Assembly: GCA_951406725.2 (NCBI GenBank)
Contig: OX597816.1
Location: 128,402,001 to 128,466,000 of the forward strand
Direction: 5' to 3'
DNA: 64,000 nucleotides
From: Octopus vulgaris
Lineage: Eukaryota
A program made the position numbers and the translations under genes. Below the pieces are notes generated by a model. That model saw nothing but the letters and a program-made list of their open reading frames with translations. It did not search any database and was not told the DNA's origin. Shown here in pieces: positions 1-13,485 of the stretch. How positions within the stretch are numbered: the stretch's first letter is position 1; every line of letters starts with the position of its first letter.

Positions 1-1500
1 TGAGTTGCTTGGCACCTCAACAACTCAACTCATAGTTGATAAATCCCACATTGCGTTCTGAGTCAAGATTGTGAATGGGAGCTCTCTCTAGTTTAGCTAA
101 GTCCATGCTTTCCAGAGTATGGGGAGATTCTTTGATGATGCTTCCAAAACCAAACAGAACTCCCTTCCAGTTCTTCTAACGTTGGAAGAAGCCTCAACAG
201 TACTTTTAACACCTCTGGCTTCAACTCAGTTACAATAGCTTCAACATCACAGTATATATTTTCATCATATCTGGTTTCCTGGAATCTGCTAGAAGATACA
301 AAAGTGAGTGCAGGACTATGTACATTTAGTAATCGGTTTGGACCCACTGTGGAAAGGTCATCATAAAGGTATTTGAAACTAGGCACAAGTTTTGAATAGG
401 TTGAGCTTGTTGAAGTAGTGAGTGAAAGAATGGTTCAACAAAGAGCAGGCCAACCAGCACTCCTGTGCAATATAAAACTTTGAGGAACTCCAGACATATG
501 AAACATCATACAATACAAGCCAGTTGGTTTATAACATGCTCGTATTTTGCCATATACAGGGCCACATAATCCAGGTGGTACAAAGTTATTGTACAAGCCA
601 AAGTGAGATGGTTAAAGTGTTCATTCTTCAAGGCAATAAATTTATTAACCCATGGTTGAATGTGCTTGTCCAATTCACTGGCTTTTCTCCATGACTTGTG
701 ATCAAAATCATGATTGATTAATCTTGTTATGCAATTAAGAGCCTGTTCAGTGACACTGGATGAGCTTGATGTTGCATTTACAGGAAAACTCAAATAAACT
801 TTGTCCCGTCCAATTGCATTCTTGATGTCACTCCACTATTTAGTTATTACTCAATTGAACATAAGTGAAGGGTGCACATTGCAAAACATGTTCAGGTATG
901 TGTTCCATGCTGAGATTTCCTAAGATCTCTTCAACCCTAACATTGTGTGATGTTTGGTCCAATATAACAAAATCAATTTTTTCAAATAGTATTTTAACTA
1001 GGTTATTACTTGCTCCTTCTAGTAACGAAAGTACAGCCACTTTCAAGTAAGCCAGATTATTTCTTAATAGTCAACCCCGGGATGCAGAAAGATCCAGCTC
1101 CCTGTTTGTTAGATCCATCATCAAAATAAGTAATGACTGACTTTTTATTAGAAGACTTCTAGGCCCTGCAAACATATGTAATGACATAAAATAAGCTGCT
1201 TATCTGATATACTGTAAAATCCATCTATCTAAATAGTGAATTTTGGCTGCCATCTTGGATTTCTACCATCTTGCAAAAGTTTTATTAGTTAGAATATCTT
1301 TATTTCATATCAATATACTTATTAGTAAATTAAAGTTACAGTTTTTAATTAGTTTCATTCAAAATTATGTATTATATATATTAAAATGCGATTTTTTGCT
1401 ATTTTGTGGGGTTATCAACATTCAAGGGATATGTACAGGGGGATTATCACATTCAGTTTGCACACAGTTTGGTTTTGAGGTGATATTTGGATCCAACCAC
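1..1500 (-). mobile_element. Degraded DDE DNA transposon (hAT-like transposase pseudogene), running off the window edge
   Basis: Frameshifted minus-strand peptides: FVILDQTSHN (D..N catalytic-like), FCNVHPSLMF (CxxH motif, ~860-890) and APIHNLDSERNVGFINYEL (N..ER motif, ~25-85), in the order expected for hAT-type transposases. TIR not identified. Confidence 0.45.
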
Positions 1501-1534
1501 AACTTTTGAAGGGGTTCCAAAAAAAAGTAGGATT

Positions 1535-2865
1535 AACATTCCCTCTTAAAACCAATCAAATATCCCAAATGTTGGCATCAACACTGCTACTGCAAATGCA
1601 TTGTGGGATATTGTCTTGTTGTAGGAGAGAGTTCAGAGTTCAGATTGTCATGTTGTTCTGAGTCTGGTGTAATATTCTTAGGTCTCTCTATTTTTATTCA
1701 CAATACCTTGGTATGATATATTTACAGCAAAGCTTAAGTATTCGTAGTATTCTTTGTGTGGAACAGGAGAGATAGTGAAACCATCAATACACAGGTTTTG
1801 TGTCTGGAGGACTGATTTTCCCCATTCAAAAATCAAATAAGGATATTTCTTCTGGCCAAATTCCATTACCGTGTCAGCTGAAAATGTTACTAATTCCAGT
1901 TGTTGTGTTTTTTTCCCTTTTTTGCATTGCTAGCAGTTTTAGCATAAATCTTGAAGTCATCCACAAAGAAATTATGGGTTACATTGATATTTCTTGCAGT
2001 TGCAGACCCTAGCATGTAGCCGTTTGTTTTTGTAGTAGGAATGGTAATGGTTTTTAGTGTCAAAATGAACAGAAGTACAGAAAGACTATCTCCCTAGAAT
2101 ATTCCCTTTGAAATATTTATGGCATTGGAGATGATTGTTCCACTCCCTGTTCTCAGTGTGAAGATTGGGGCTCAGGTCTTTGTGAGCCTCTCAATTGCAG
2201 AAATTAAGGTAGCAGACATTTTTGCCAAATGTAGACACTTCTTCAGCAGCCATGAGTAGGGAACAGAGTCAAATGCCTTTCTATGATCAAGCCTTACTGT
2301 TGTAAGGCTTCTATGATTTTTGTTTTTAACCTCAAAGTACAGCTTTTTTTTTATCAAAAGTTGTTCAGCACATCCCCACACTCCCTTCTTTCCTCATGCC
2401 TGCTCATCAGTTACTATGTTGTTGCACTCACAATGATCTGGAGGAATTGGTTGAAGTAACTTGTGTATAGTTTGTACATAATGTTTAGGTCAGCAATGGT
2501 CCTGTAATTTACAGCCAACTCAGTGGTTTCATTCTTGGCTAAAAAGTTAGTCTGTGCTATAGCTAGCCAATATTTTGTATATCAATCTGACTGTCCATAG
2601 TACTTTTGAATATACTTATTAGTGTTTTCCTGTAAAATGTCAGCCTCTTATACCAGTAACCAACTATTAGGTCCCTTCCCATTATGCAGTTTGCCTACAG
2701 CTATGGTGACAATTCCTGAGTCAGTTGCATGTTGGTACAGTACTCTCTCTTACTTCATTTAGCCATGGTGCATTGAGGTTGAGATACCAGTTTTTGTTCC
2801 AGATTTTCAACCAAAATGATTCAAGATCTTTTTGTGGTAGAGCTTTCTTAATGGTAATATTTTCC

Positions 2866-2897
<32 letters not shown>

Positions 2898-4100
2898 CTA
2901 TATACAGATAATTACGTAAATGATTATGTAAGCATTAACAACGAAACCTGGTTTGTGATTAATCTATATTTTGTATCTTTTCATTTGTCTTGCTCACTTA
3001 CATTCTGGTGTTTTGCTAAATTTTCTTGAGAACATTCCTTTCTTAGTGGTAAGACTATAGCAGATCTTCTTCTAGCATAATGGATGTCCACTTACAGGTC
3101 ATCCCTTTTATATATCTACTATATATATATATTTCTCTATATACTGTCTGTGAGTTAGAAGCAAACTTGTAATTTTCACTCAGAGTCCTTAGATTGTGTT
3201 TTAGAGTAATTAACCTCCCCTCAACAGTTTATTGTGAAGAGTCACCATACGGTTTTGTCAATTTGCTTATAAGATATAACTGATGAGGTGAAAACTCATT
3301 GTTCCTCTTATGTTTTATTATGGTTAACCATGCAATATGGTAATGTAGATTCTTGATGTTTTCTTCAAGTTTTGTTTTCCATCTAGGTTGTTTCAGTTTA
3401 GTACTTTACTTTCATTACCATGTATACTGCAGATTTCTCCAAGGTGTTATAGCAGCTGTGTACATGAGGGTATTAATACTCCAGTAATTAAAAGGGTATC
3501 ACATAATCTCGTAGAATTTCCAGTGACATTGCTGATAACTTTCAACATTGGAACTGTTAGAGTTTTTTTTTTTAATCATGTTAAGAATAGCTTGTTACTT
3601 AACAATGGTTCCAAAAACATAGAAAAGTTTTTGATCAATTGTGGTTTCAGGATATTTCTAAGCTGAATATATTCTACAGTTGTCTCTGTTGACTCAGTTA
3701 CATTTGGAGAGATATGAGAATTTAGTGATGGCGCCAGTTTGTTTACTTTATTTTTGATCTCTCTTCGGCAGGTTTTGGCCAGTTTTCAGTGTTTTGCAAA
3801 GATCAATTTACGTCACAAAAGCAAGTCATTTTTCTCTTAAAAATGATGTTTGTTGTCGAAGTTGTTTCACAATAAAGGTGCTTGACTTGGGCTATGATTT
3901 GTGCTGGTAATTTTTAAACATGTTGCAAGTATATGTTCACACTTTGCTTGTTTAAGCTTAATTAGTCTCATATCAGCTTGTACGCCTGTTTTCTGCAAGT
4001 GGTCACATGACCTGGTCACACTTAGATATAGCTCTTCTGACTCTCGTGCCATCCCATGACAGGAGATTAATGTCTCTCTGCTGGGAGCCTACTCTTAGCT
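1535..4100 (-). mobile_element. R4/Dong-like non-LTR retrotransposon relic (N-terminus plus RT), interrupted at ~2860-3140 by TA-rich sequence
   Basis: Minus-strand motifs in correct order across stops and frameshifts: WSINTLMYTAA, QPRWKTKLE, LESFWLKIW, YRTIADLNIMYKLYTS, GCAEQLLI, LDHRKAFDSVPYSW, GIF*GDSLSVLLF, FFVDDFKIY, MEFGQKK, YEYLS, HNAFAVAVLMPTFG. Confidence 0.8.
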
Positions 4101-5174
4101 ATATAAGGAAGCTTTTCCCACTATCTATTTAGTGAGGTGGTTTGCACAGTCAAGCTCGAATTTTTGGCAGAGAGCAAGTTATTTCGCAGGCCACCTCTGG
4201 TATCCTTTGATGCATACAATTGCTCCTGTCCTCCAGCAGAAGTTATGTCTGGTATTTATTTTCCTGTTTTACACTGCTTACATCATGTATCAACTGAATG
4301 AGAAAAAAGTGTACATTTGTTGACAGTATATTTCAAAATGTATCTCAACAGGTTGAATAAATCATTGCATTTTATCCTCCTGGCTCTCTGTTTCTTCATT
4401 TATCTGTACACACACACACATATATTGGAACTCAAACCAGCTTTATCCATCAATGCAACCAACCCCGTTAAAACCACTTCATATATCTGATAAAAGGGTC
4501 TTCACAGGATTTTTCATAGCATCGAAGTAGATCTTTGCTTAAATGTAGAGTCCAAGTAGTATGAGAGGAGTTCTTATGTCTTAGATGGATTTCTGGTGCT
4601 GTAGAGCTGTTTTCATCAATGTTGATGTTGTTAGTTTCAGCCATAAGCATTTTAGCAAAATTCCACATGGTATAATGTATATCTTTAAAATATGGTCTGA
4701 ATAACACTGTGCTGGTAGGTAAACGATGCTTCCAGTATTTATAATGGAAGAACTAAACCAGTTACTGGCAGAGTAAGCATAAATATAGAAGGGAACATTC
4801 AAAAATATTTTTTAAATGGCCCTCTACGCCACTTGTCTGATGTTGATGGTGCCATCTTTAATACATGTACAAATGTATGTATATACGTATGTAGGCATAC
4901 AAGATTCAAATAACACTTTATTCTGGTTTTCCCTGCCAGAAATACAACCATATGGAACTCACTACCAATATTTTTTCTCATGGACAAACTTACAGAAGAC
5001 CAAGCTAAGCAGCAACTACACCAGCTTTGTTAATCTACAGAAAATTGAAGTGTTCTCTGGGACCTTCCCTTCTTCCTAGATTTAAAAATAAAAAGAAAAC
5101 AAATTCACAAAACATTTATACAAACTAAAAGTTGTCACACGCAATCTCATGGACTTCATTCAAAATATCCTTAA

Positions 5175-5394
5175 TCCTTTTGTTACCAACCCGGCTGAAA
5201 CCAGCTCTGGCTCTGAGTACAAATGTCTTGTTTCCAAAAGTTTTGAACTAAAATCTTCCACCAAACCTTAGTCACAATTTATGTTCCTAACACTAGCTGA
5301 ATGATAACTAAGTTATTTTACTAAATTCTTTGTTATATTTAAAGTAATTGAAAGAAGTACAGAGCATCTCAAAATAAATACAGTAACGAAAAGG
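5175..5394. mobile_element. piggyBac-type MITE (~220 bp)
   Basis: TTAA on both sides (5171-5174, 5395-5398). Imperfect 12-bp TIRs tccttttgttac / gtaacgaaaagg. Confidence 0.7.
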
Positions 5395-5510
5395 TTAAAA
5401 AGCCCCAAATTCATGCTTGTAAGCCATGGCTTTGATTCCTTTCTTGATTGCAGTTAAAATGCAACTTTTGTTCATTCTGTGAGTGAATTTTATTTAATAT
5501 TTTCTTAGGA

Positions 5511-5700
5511 GAAGGTGGCAAGCCGGCTGAATTCTTAGCTCACTGGGCCATATGCTTAGTGGCTTTTTGCCCATCTTTCTGTTCTCAGTTCAGATTCCAC
5601 CAAGGTTGACTTTGCCTTTCATCCTTTTGGGGTTAATAAAATAAGTACCAGTTGAGCACTGGGGTTGATGTAATCGACTTTCCCCCACCCTCAAATTGAA
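5511..5700 (+). mobile_element. tRNA-derived SINE, family B (central cctttcatccttt.gggg..ataaa.taagtacc block, Meta-domain-like)
   Basis: Aligns by eye to the copies at 17900, 22373, 25935 and 60521. B-box-like gttcagattcc. Confidence 0.7.
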
Positions 5701-5885
5701 TAATTTTGCTTAATTCATTTCCCAGTTGCTGCTAATATTCTGTTATTGTTTTTGTTATTGAAGGCAGTGAGCTGGCAGAATCATTAATAATCATCATATT
5801 TTTAAATAGGTATAACTTATGCCCATGAGATTCTAAACTACAGGGTTTGAGATCTATTATAAAGTTCAGCATCTACTCATTAATC

Positions 5886-8800
5886 CATCATCATTATCAT
5901 TTAGCGTCTGCTTTCCATGCTAGCATGGGTTGGACGGTTCAACTGGGGTCTGTGAAGCCAGAAGGCTTCATCAGGCCCAGTCTGATCTGGCAGTGTTTCT
6001 ACAGTTGGATGCACTTCCTAACGCCAACCACTCCATGAGTGTAGTGGGTGCTTTTTACGTGCCACCCGCACAGGTGCCAGACGGAGCTGGCAAACGGCCA
6101 CGAACGGATGGTGCTTTTACATGCCACCGGCACGAGGCCAGTCGGGGCGGCGTTGGCAATGGTCATGAACAGATGGATCTCTTACGTGCCACCGGCACTG
6201 GTAACTCGGCTGCAATTTCCATTGATCGATTTCGATTCTGATCCTCACTTGCCTCAACAGGTCTTCACAAGTAGAGTTTTGTGTCCCAAGAAGGGAAGGT
6301 ATGCATACGTAGGCTGGCTCCATCCCATGTAGAAGGCCACGGGTTATGGTCTCACTTGTCCTGCTGGGTCTTCTCGCGCACAGCATACTTCCAGAGGTCT
6401 CGGTCTCTAGTCATTTCCTCAGTGAGACCTAAAGTTTGAAGGTCGTGCTTCACCACCTCGTCCCAGGTTTTCCTGGGTCTGCCTCTTCCACAGGTTCCCT
6501 CAACCACTAGGGTGTGGCACATTTTCACACAACTATCTTCATCCATTCTCGCCACATGACCATACCAGGGCAAACGTCTCTCTTGCACACCACAACTGAT
6601 GCTTCTTAGGTCCAGCTTTTCTCTCAAGGTACTTGCACTCTGTCGAGTATGAGTACTGACATTACACATCCATCGGAGCATACTGGCTTCATTTCTTGCA
6701 AGCTTACGCATATCCTCAGCAGTCACGGCCCATGTTTCACTGCCATGTAGCATGGCTGTTCGTACACACACATCATACAGTCTGCCTTTTACTCTGTGCG
6801 AGAGGCCTTTTGTCACCAGCAGAGGTAAGAGCTCTCTGAACTTTGCCCAAGCTATTCTTACTCTAGCAGTTACACTTTCAGCACACCTGCCCCCGCTGCT
6901 GACTTGGTCACCTAGGTAACGGAAGCTATCAACTATTTCTAGTTTTTCTCCTTGGAAAGTGACGGAAGTTGGTCTCAGAGCATTTTCAGTGTTTATTGTT
7001 CCTGAGCATCTGCCACATACAAAAACCATCTTCCTAGTTAGCCTTCCTTTGACATTGCTGCACCTCTTATGTGTCCATAGCTTACACTTGGTGCATCTTA
7101 TAGAGTTTCTACCTACACCTTTTCTACAGATCGAGCAGGCCCATCTACCTGAAGGCGTTTGTCATTTGTCTACCTTCCTACTGATTACGACTTTGGTTTT
7201 AGCTAGATTGACTCTAAGGCCCTTCGATTCTAATCCTTGTTTCCACACCTGAAACTTCTCCTCCAGTTCTGATAGTGACTCAGCAATTAGAGCAAGGTCA
7301 TCAGCATAGAGGAGCTCCCAGGGGCATCCTGTCTTGAATTCCTCCGTTATTGCCTGGAGGACTATGATAAATAGGAGGGAGCTGAGGACTGAGCCTTGGT
7401 GGACCCCTACCTCTACCCGGAATTCTTCACTGTACTCGTTGCCAACCCTCACCTTACTAGCAGCATCCCTGTACATGGTTCGCACAGCTCTCACTAACCA
7501 TTCATCTATCCCTAGTTTCCTCATTGACCACCAGATAAGGGATCGGGGGACCCTGTCGAAGGCTTTCTCCATGTCAACAAAAGCCAGGTATAGGGGCTTA
7601 TCTTTGGCTAGGTATTTCTCCTGCAGCTGCCTTACCAGGAATATAGCATCAGTGGTACTTTTCCCTGGCACGAACCCAAACTGCATCTCATCTAAACTAA
7701 CTCTCTCTCTAATTAGTTGGGCTATGACCCTCTCCGTAACTTTCATCACCTGATCCAACAGCTTGATACCTCTGTAATTATTTGTATCTAGGGCATCACC
7801 TTTACCTTTGTAGCAGTTGACTATTATGCTGCTACACCAGTCATTGGGTATGACTCCTTTGTGTATCACCTGATTAACTATACGGGGGACTAGGCTATAG
7901 CTGACACTACCAGACCTTTTGAGCATCTTTGCAGTGATTCCTGATGGGCCTGGGGCTTTCCCTGTCTTCATGCTTCTAATTGCCATAACTACCAAGGAAC
8001 TATCAACTCGGATAGCTGGTCCCTCTGTTGGGTCAACATTCGGCAGACTCTCTTTATCCCATTCATTTTCTTTATTCAACAACCTTTCATAGTGGTGTCG
8101 AACTTCTCTCTTTGCATCCTCATTTAGCGCAAGTGAACCATCTTCCATGCAAACACACTTCTCTCCTACCACATCAGGATTCTCTCTCACACACTGTCTT
8201 GCAACACGAAACACCTCCAGTCTTTGGTCCTCACGGCGCAGAACATTGGCAAATTTTTTCTTATCTGCTTCCCCTCTGGCTAAATAAACCTGTCTTCTAG
8301 CTTCTCTTTTGGCAGTCTGATACAATCCCCTGCTACCCCCATTTTTCCAGTCCTTCCAAGCTTGTCTCTTTTCTCTAATAGCCCTGTCTACAACATTGTT
8401 CCACCACCACGTTATTCTAGGTCGAGAGGGGACTTTGCACCAGCCACAGATCTGGTCAGTCGCTCTCAGCAGGTTGTCCCTTAGAAACGTTCAGTTGTCT
8501 TCTACCCCCTGTGATGCTCTATCCCCTTCTACTTCGTCAAAGGCTTCAAGTAATATATCCCTAATATATCTCTGTCCATTTGCAGGGTCTTTAAGCTTCC
8601 AGATCCTTCTTCTCCATGTTGGTCGTCTTCTGGTTGTCCTCCTAGTCCTGATCCTAAAGTCACTAACTACCAGTCTATGCTATGGGGTACATTCTTCGCC
8701 TGGGAAGGTTTTGGCATTTATAAGCAGCCATCTCTCCCTTTGCCTGGCAAGGATATAGTCAATTTGGCTGGTATGTTGGCCCAATCGGTAGGTGGCTGGT

Positions 8801-9243
8801 AGGTTTCCTGAAGTTAGTGTTGCAAATCATAAGATTATTTGCATCGCAGAACTCCAGCAGCCTGGTTCCCTCCTCATTGCGGGAACCATAGCCATAGCCT
8901 CCATGTACGCCATGGAAGCCCCCAGCATGTCGTCCAACGTGACCATTGAAGTCACCAGCCACAAAGAGAAAGTCTGTCGTTCGTCAACGAGGTAGTCTGC
9001 AGTAGAGTGTCATAGAATCGGTCTTTCTGTCCATCGGGTAGCCCCGACTGAGGATCATAGGCTGATATAATGGTTGCTAAACTATGATGAAGCACTAATC
9101 TAATCTTAAGTATTCTGTCACATACTCTGATTACCTCAATTACTTTATCTACCCATTTCTCAGCGATAAGTATACCCACGCCACCAACCCCGTCAGTGTT
9201 CTCTGCCCAGAAAATCTTGTACCTGCATTCCTTGCCTGTGAGT
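5886..9243 (-). mobile_element. RTE-clade LINE, 5'-truncated, nearly intact (APE endonuclease + RT + 3' UTR with (ATG)n tail)
   Basis: APE motifs AGDFNGHVG and RNEEGTRLLEFC. RT motifs KGKGD..NYRGIKLL, QFGFVPGKSTTDAIF, FVDMEKAFDRV, GVHQGSVLS, LLYADDL, FRYLGD, GRGRPRKTW. Tail catcatcattatcat at ~5886-5900. Confidence 0.95.
6352..8325 (-). pseudogene. Reverse transcriptase ORF of the RTE element, broken by one in-frame TGA at 7162-7164
   Basis: ORFs 7162..8325 and 6352..7029 are in the same frame and the intervening codons are open. The second copy reads TCA (Ser) at the equivalent position. Confidence 0.9.
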
Positions 9244-10364
9244 TAAAGAAAACTCTGCTGGAAATTATGAGTACACTTGAGTGTCCCATAGTTTTCAATG
9301 TATTATGCAACAAACATATAAATTTTAACTCATAATTATTACAACAAATATTTAACAAAATAACTTTATATCACAACACTTGATTCATATTTGTTATTGA
9401 TGATATTTTCGAAAATGGAAGGAAGTGTGTTAATTTATCTATAAACAACTTTATTTTCTTTTTATAATAATTATCACAGAAAACTGATGAAACTCAAAAT
9501 ACATTGCCATTCAGAGAAGCTGAATATAATGCATTTGTGTACATAAACATTTAGATAGGTTATTTGCTAGGGAGATGTATATACTAGCGTCTTTCTAATT
9601 TCACACAAAGCAATTACTTTCAATTATAGGCAGTAGATAATTAGAAATTTAAGAAAAGTAATTTTAGGCTTAAGTTTTTGTGTGTTAATAAGTTTCAAAC
9701 TTTTGAACAAAGAATGTATTTTTCTGTGAAATTATAAGCAAGCCTCAAACATTGTTTCCAAGGGGAATAATTTTTGATATATTTTTAATTGTTTGTAATT
9801 AATTCTTGCCATGCCAGTAGCTACTGAGTTCATTAACAATATTGATTCTAATTGCATGAGTAAATCAAATTTATTTGTTGTACCATAAATACATATTAGC
9901 AGCTGTTATATGTCAAATATATTACAATTTCTGGTTTGAGCTCAAAGGAAATAAATAAGCAAACAAATAAATAAATTTAAAAAAATAATAAATAAAGCCT
10001 TTTCTGTTTATGTGTTAGTGAATATTGGATACACATAAAAGAAATTTTCTATAGTAAAGGTTAAGACTTGGAAATAATCTTTTCTTGTCTTTACATAAAA
10101 TGTCATTGCAATCAATTTTACATTTTTTTTAAAACTGCCTTTTACTAGGAGTCCATCCCATAGGAAGATATTATCCAAGATCTAATTCATGTTTCTCCTT
10201 GATATATCTCATATAATACAACGTATTGTTTTTTTCTTTGTATATATGTCTGGCAAGTGTATTGATCTGAAATTGTGAGCGGAAACAAATATTTATGGAT
10301 TTTTGGTAGAGTAATCTTTGCCAAATATTAAAAATCAAATACTGATTAATCATCATCACCATCA

Positions 10365-10440
10365 TCATTATTATCGCTGCAGTTGTTATTAATGTTGTTC
10401 TTTTCTTCTTCTTTTTCTTCTTCTTCTTCTTCTTCTTCTT

Positions 10441-10471
<31 letters not shown>

Positions 10472-10474
10472 TTG

Positions 10475-10511
<37 letters not shown>

Positions 10512-10550
10512 CATTATTATTATTACTATTACTATTATTATTATTACTCT
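10365..10550. repeat. Compound microsatellite (TTC)n followed by (TTA)n
   Basis: Directly visible. It explains the poly-K/N/S/Y/L ORFs. Confidence 0.95.
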
Positions 10551-11382
10551 TCACTTCTAGATTCATTAATTGTTTGTGTTATGTTTATCAAAGTCTTCCA
10601 TCACACTTCTGTCACCTGTTCACTGATCTCTGCCAAATTTGTTTGAGGTTTACAAATGATCAGTTCTTATATGCTGGTCTATTCATTTATTTATTCGTTT
10701 CTTCAGTTATTTTTATTACCATTTTCTTTGTTGTAGTGCCAGTGTTGTCTGAAAGAGTTGATCTGTGATGTGGAGACAACAAGCCACGAGTGGATGGATA
10801 ACCACAAACACAAACACAGCCACACATACACAGAACACATGTATCTACATCCTGTTGACTTGGAGACACTGTCTTCTGTATAATATTTGAGATTTACAAT
10901 CATATACATTTATTATTTCATTTGAATTTTCATTTGTCATTTTGGTTTATTATACAGAAACAGGGTTGTTTAGTTCTACTTGTATTTAGATAATGTAGTT
11001 GCCATATAATTGTTTTAGATTTATTTATATTTTCTCCCTGTATTACTAAGAAGTTCATTTCACAGCTACATGATTTTGGGGTAATCCTATTTTGCAGCAT
11101 CTGCAACTTGGGCAAGTATCAGGTTGGGTAATACTATATGACAAGAATTTGACAAAAAATGTACAGAAGCCTGCAGCACTCCAAATATTCATAATCCAGT
11201 GTAGTGAACCTAGGATTTACCAATCAGATGAATTACAGTGGGATTACTTGCCCTAAGTAATCTTAGGTACTCCTTACTACTTGGTGCAGTTAGCTTGAAT
11301 CTCAACTGTACCTGTCTGTTTGTACGGTATCAACCTGGATAATTTACCCCTATATACTCATCATTGTCTATACATATATATA

Positions 11383-11570
11383 TAGGGAGAATTCACGAAA
11401 AAAAACAAAAGACAGGTGGTGTAGAAAACAAACAGATGTATTAGTATAATGCTTGGAAATTGAAAAAGTCTTTAACATTTTGAGCCTACGCTCTTCTACA
11501 GAAAGGAACACAGAAAGAAACAAGGAGAGAAAAAAAATGTGTGTAGTGGCTACCAATCTATCATGGCGAA
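11383..11570 (-). mobile_element. Short Penelope-pLTR-like repeat between TA runs, with a decayed minimal hammerhead
   Basis: Minus strand reads ttctgt-AGAAGA-gcgtaggctc-AAAA-tg-tt-aaaga, a degenerate CTGAAGA/stem II/GAAA layout. Flanked by (TA)n. Confidence 0.4.
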
Positions 11571-13096
11571 TATATATATATATATCCATTTATCCATGTA
11601 GGTATCCTATCCTACTTAAAGTAAGTACACTGTTAACAGGCAAGATACTGAAGTTTTCATCTGAGATTGTATCTCTTATGGAAGTGGTGGTGCTGTATTA
11701 AAAAAATACAATAAATATCAGAGAGGAAAAAATTGTACCAGCAATGGCCTGCAAGAATGCCAAATGCAGTTTGCCCTTCTTGGGCTTTGTTAAAGTAGTG
11801 TACACACTACTTAGATGAAATTTGTTGTTTCTGATAGGAGAAACAGTGAAATAATACCAAAATGAAATAAGTAGTGGATTAAATATGATAAACAAAAGCC
11901 CTCAAAGGCATTGCCCTGGCATGGTCACAGCCCAGTAACTGAAATGAGAAAAAGAATATACTTCTAATGATCCTTTCCTTAATGCTACATCCTGTAGAAC
12001 TTAATATAATTGTCCTAAAATAAGCAATTATTATACTGAGGTTGATGCTCTTACTAAGATTAAATGGTTTTGTTTATTAAATGTATTTACCTGCTAGTAT
12101 TAAACCTAAAATAAATGTACAATGATGGTGGTGGTGGTGGTGGTGGATATCATCTCTATAAGACTGGGTCTGTCCTCTTGGAAACAGCCTGACTTAGTAA
12201 CTTGTCACAGTGTTGCATCTTGCTAGTATCAGTGTAGATATAATATCCATAGTGATATTAGTCAAAACTTCTGTGTTTTGCTAAAGCATAACTGGATGGT
12301 GTTGCAAGCAGTTTCTTTTAATTATATCGACAACAATATTCATTAATCCTATCACACATACTAGATTGTCTTCCTCTAAACGCCATATTTGATATGCAAT
12401 ATTTCTAAATCTGCAGTTGATTTATAGATTAGCTGCATAAATAGTTATTCAATAAATGGGAAAACTTATTAATTGCTAGATTTTATAGGATTATATACTT
12501 TTTCAACAACTTTAACCATCAGCTTAGTTTCACATAAGACTTCCCTAAACATTTCAGTTAATTCATTTTTGGACATAGCTTCAACAAATATTATTCTGTT
12601 GAATATCTGTTAACATATCCTGAATAAACTTAATCTTTCTCTTACTTCTTATTTATTTATTTATTTGTTAGTGAGATGCAGTTTAGTATTTGAGTAGATA
12701 TCTCTCCTAGACAACAGGGCTGTAAAACTGAAGCAACAAATTAATTGAATACTCTTCTTTTTATTATGCTCCTGAGATATAAGAAACATGCATACACTTC
12801 AGGACTAAAAATTATAGCATGTAGCAATCTTCTAAAATAGTAATTCTCAATATTTCGTTTTTGGATTTGGTTTTCAAGATTCTTTATATGAGTTCGTGTG
12901 TTGAAGCATATTCTGTTGTGTCTGGGGAAAGTCATTTTCTTTTTGTACCTTATAATGTAACACACTCACCGGTAAAATGTCCACTTTTTTCTTAAATTTT
13001 CATTGCTTCTTGCAACCTTTTCAATAGTCTTGAACAATGCAGTTATGACCACTTTTTTCTTCAGAAACTCATCCTGGTTACCCAATACTCATAACT

Positions 13097-13485
13097 GTCA
13101 TCATCATTTAGCGTCCATTTTCAATGCTGGTATGGGTTGGATGGTTTGATAGGAGTTAGTAAGGCTGAGGGATGCACCCGGCTCCATTGTCTATTCTGAC
13201 TTGGTTTCTATGGCTTGGTGCCCTTCCTAACATCAACCACTCCATAGAGTGTGCTGGGTGCTTTTTATGTGGCACCAGCACAAGTGCTTTTTATGTGGCA
13301 CAAGCACCAATATTAATTATGCTGTGGTAGACAGGTCTTCTTGAGTACAGCAGGGCGCCAGATATTTCGGTCGTTTGCCATCTCTTTTGTAAAGCTCAGT
13401 GTCTTGTGATTGGTCTTCAATACTTCATCCCATGTCTTCCTGGGTCTCCCTCTTCCACAAATTCCATCCACTTTAAGAGATCACT
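13097..13485 (-). mobile_element. RTE 3'-end fragment
   Basis: Similar to 5886-6500: catcatttagcgtcc.., tgcccttcctaac.ccaaccac, and the GRGRPRKTW-coding segment. Confidence 0.8.

Noticed and set aside
7162-7164. In-frame TGA in the RT as programmed readthrough or selenocysteine
   Set aside because: The second copy has TCA (Ser) at this position, so it is a simple point mutation.
7334-8995. Plus-strand ORFs of 67-139 aa
   Set aside because: They are antisense shadows of the RTE coding strand.
10171-10768. Poly-N/K/S/Y/L ORFs, and similar YI/CV/HT-rich ORFs at 18.8, 29.2, 45.3, 53.6, 55.2, 61.3 and 63.5 kb
   Set aside because: They are translations of microsatellites.
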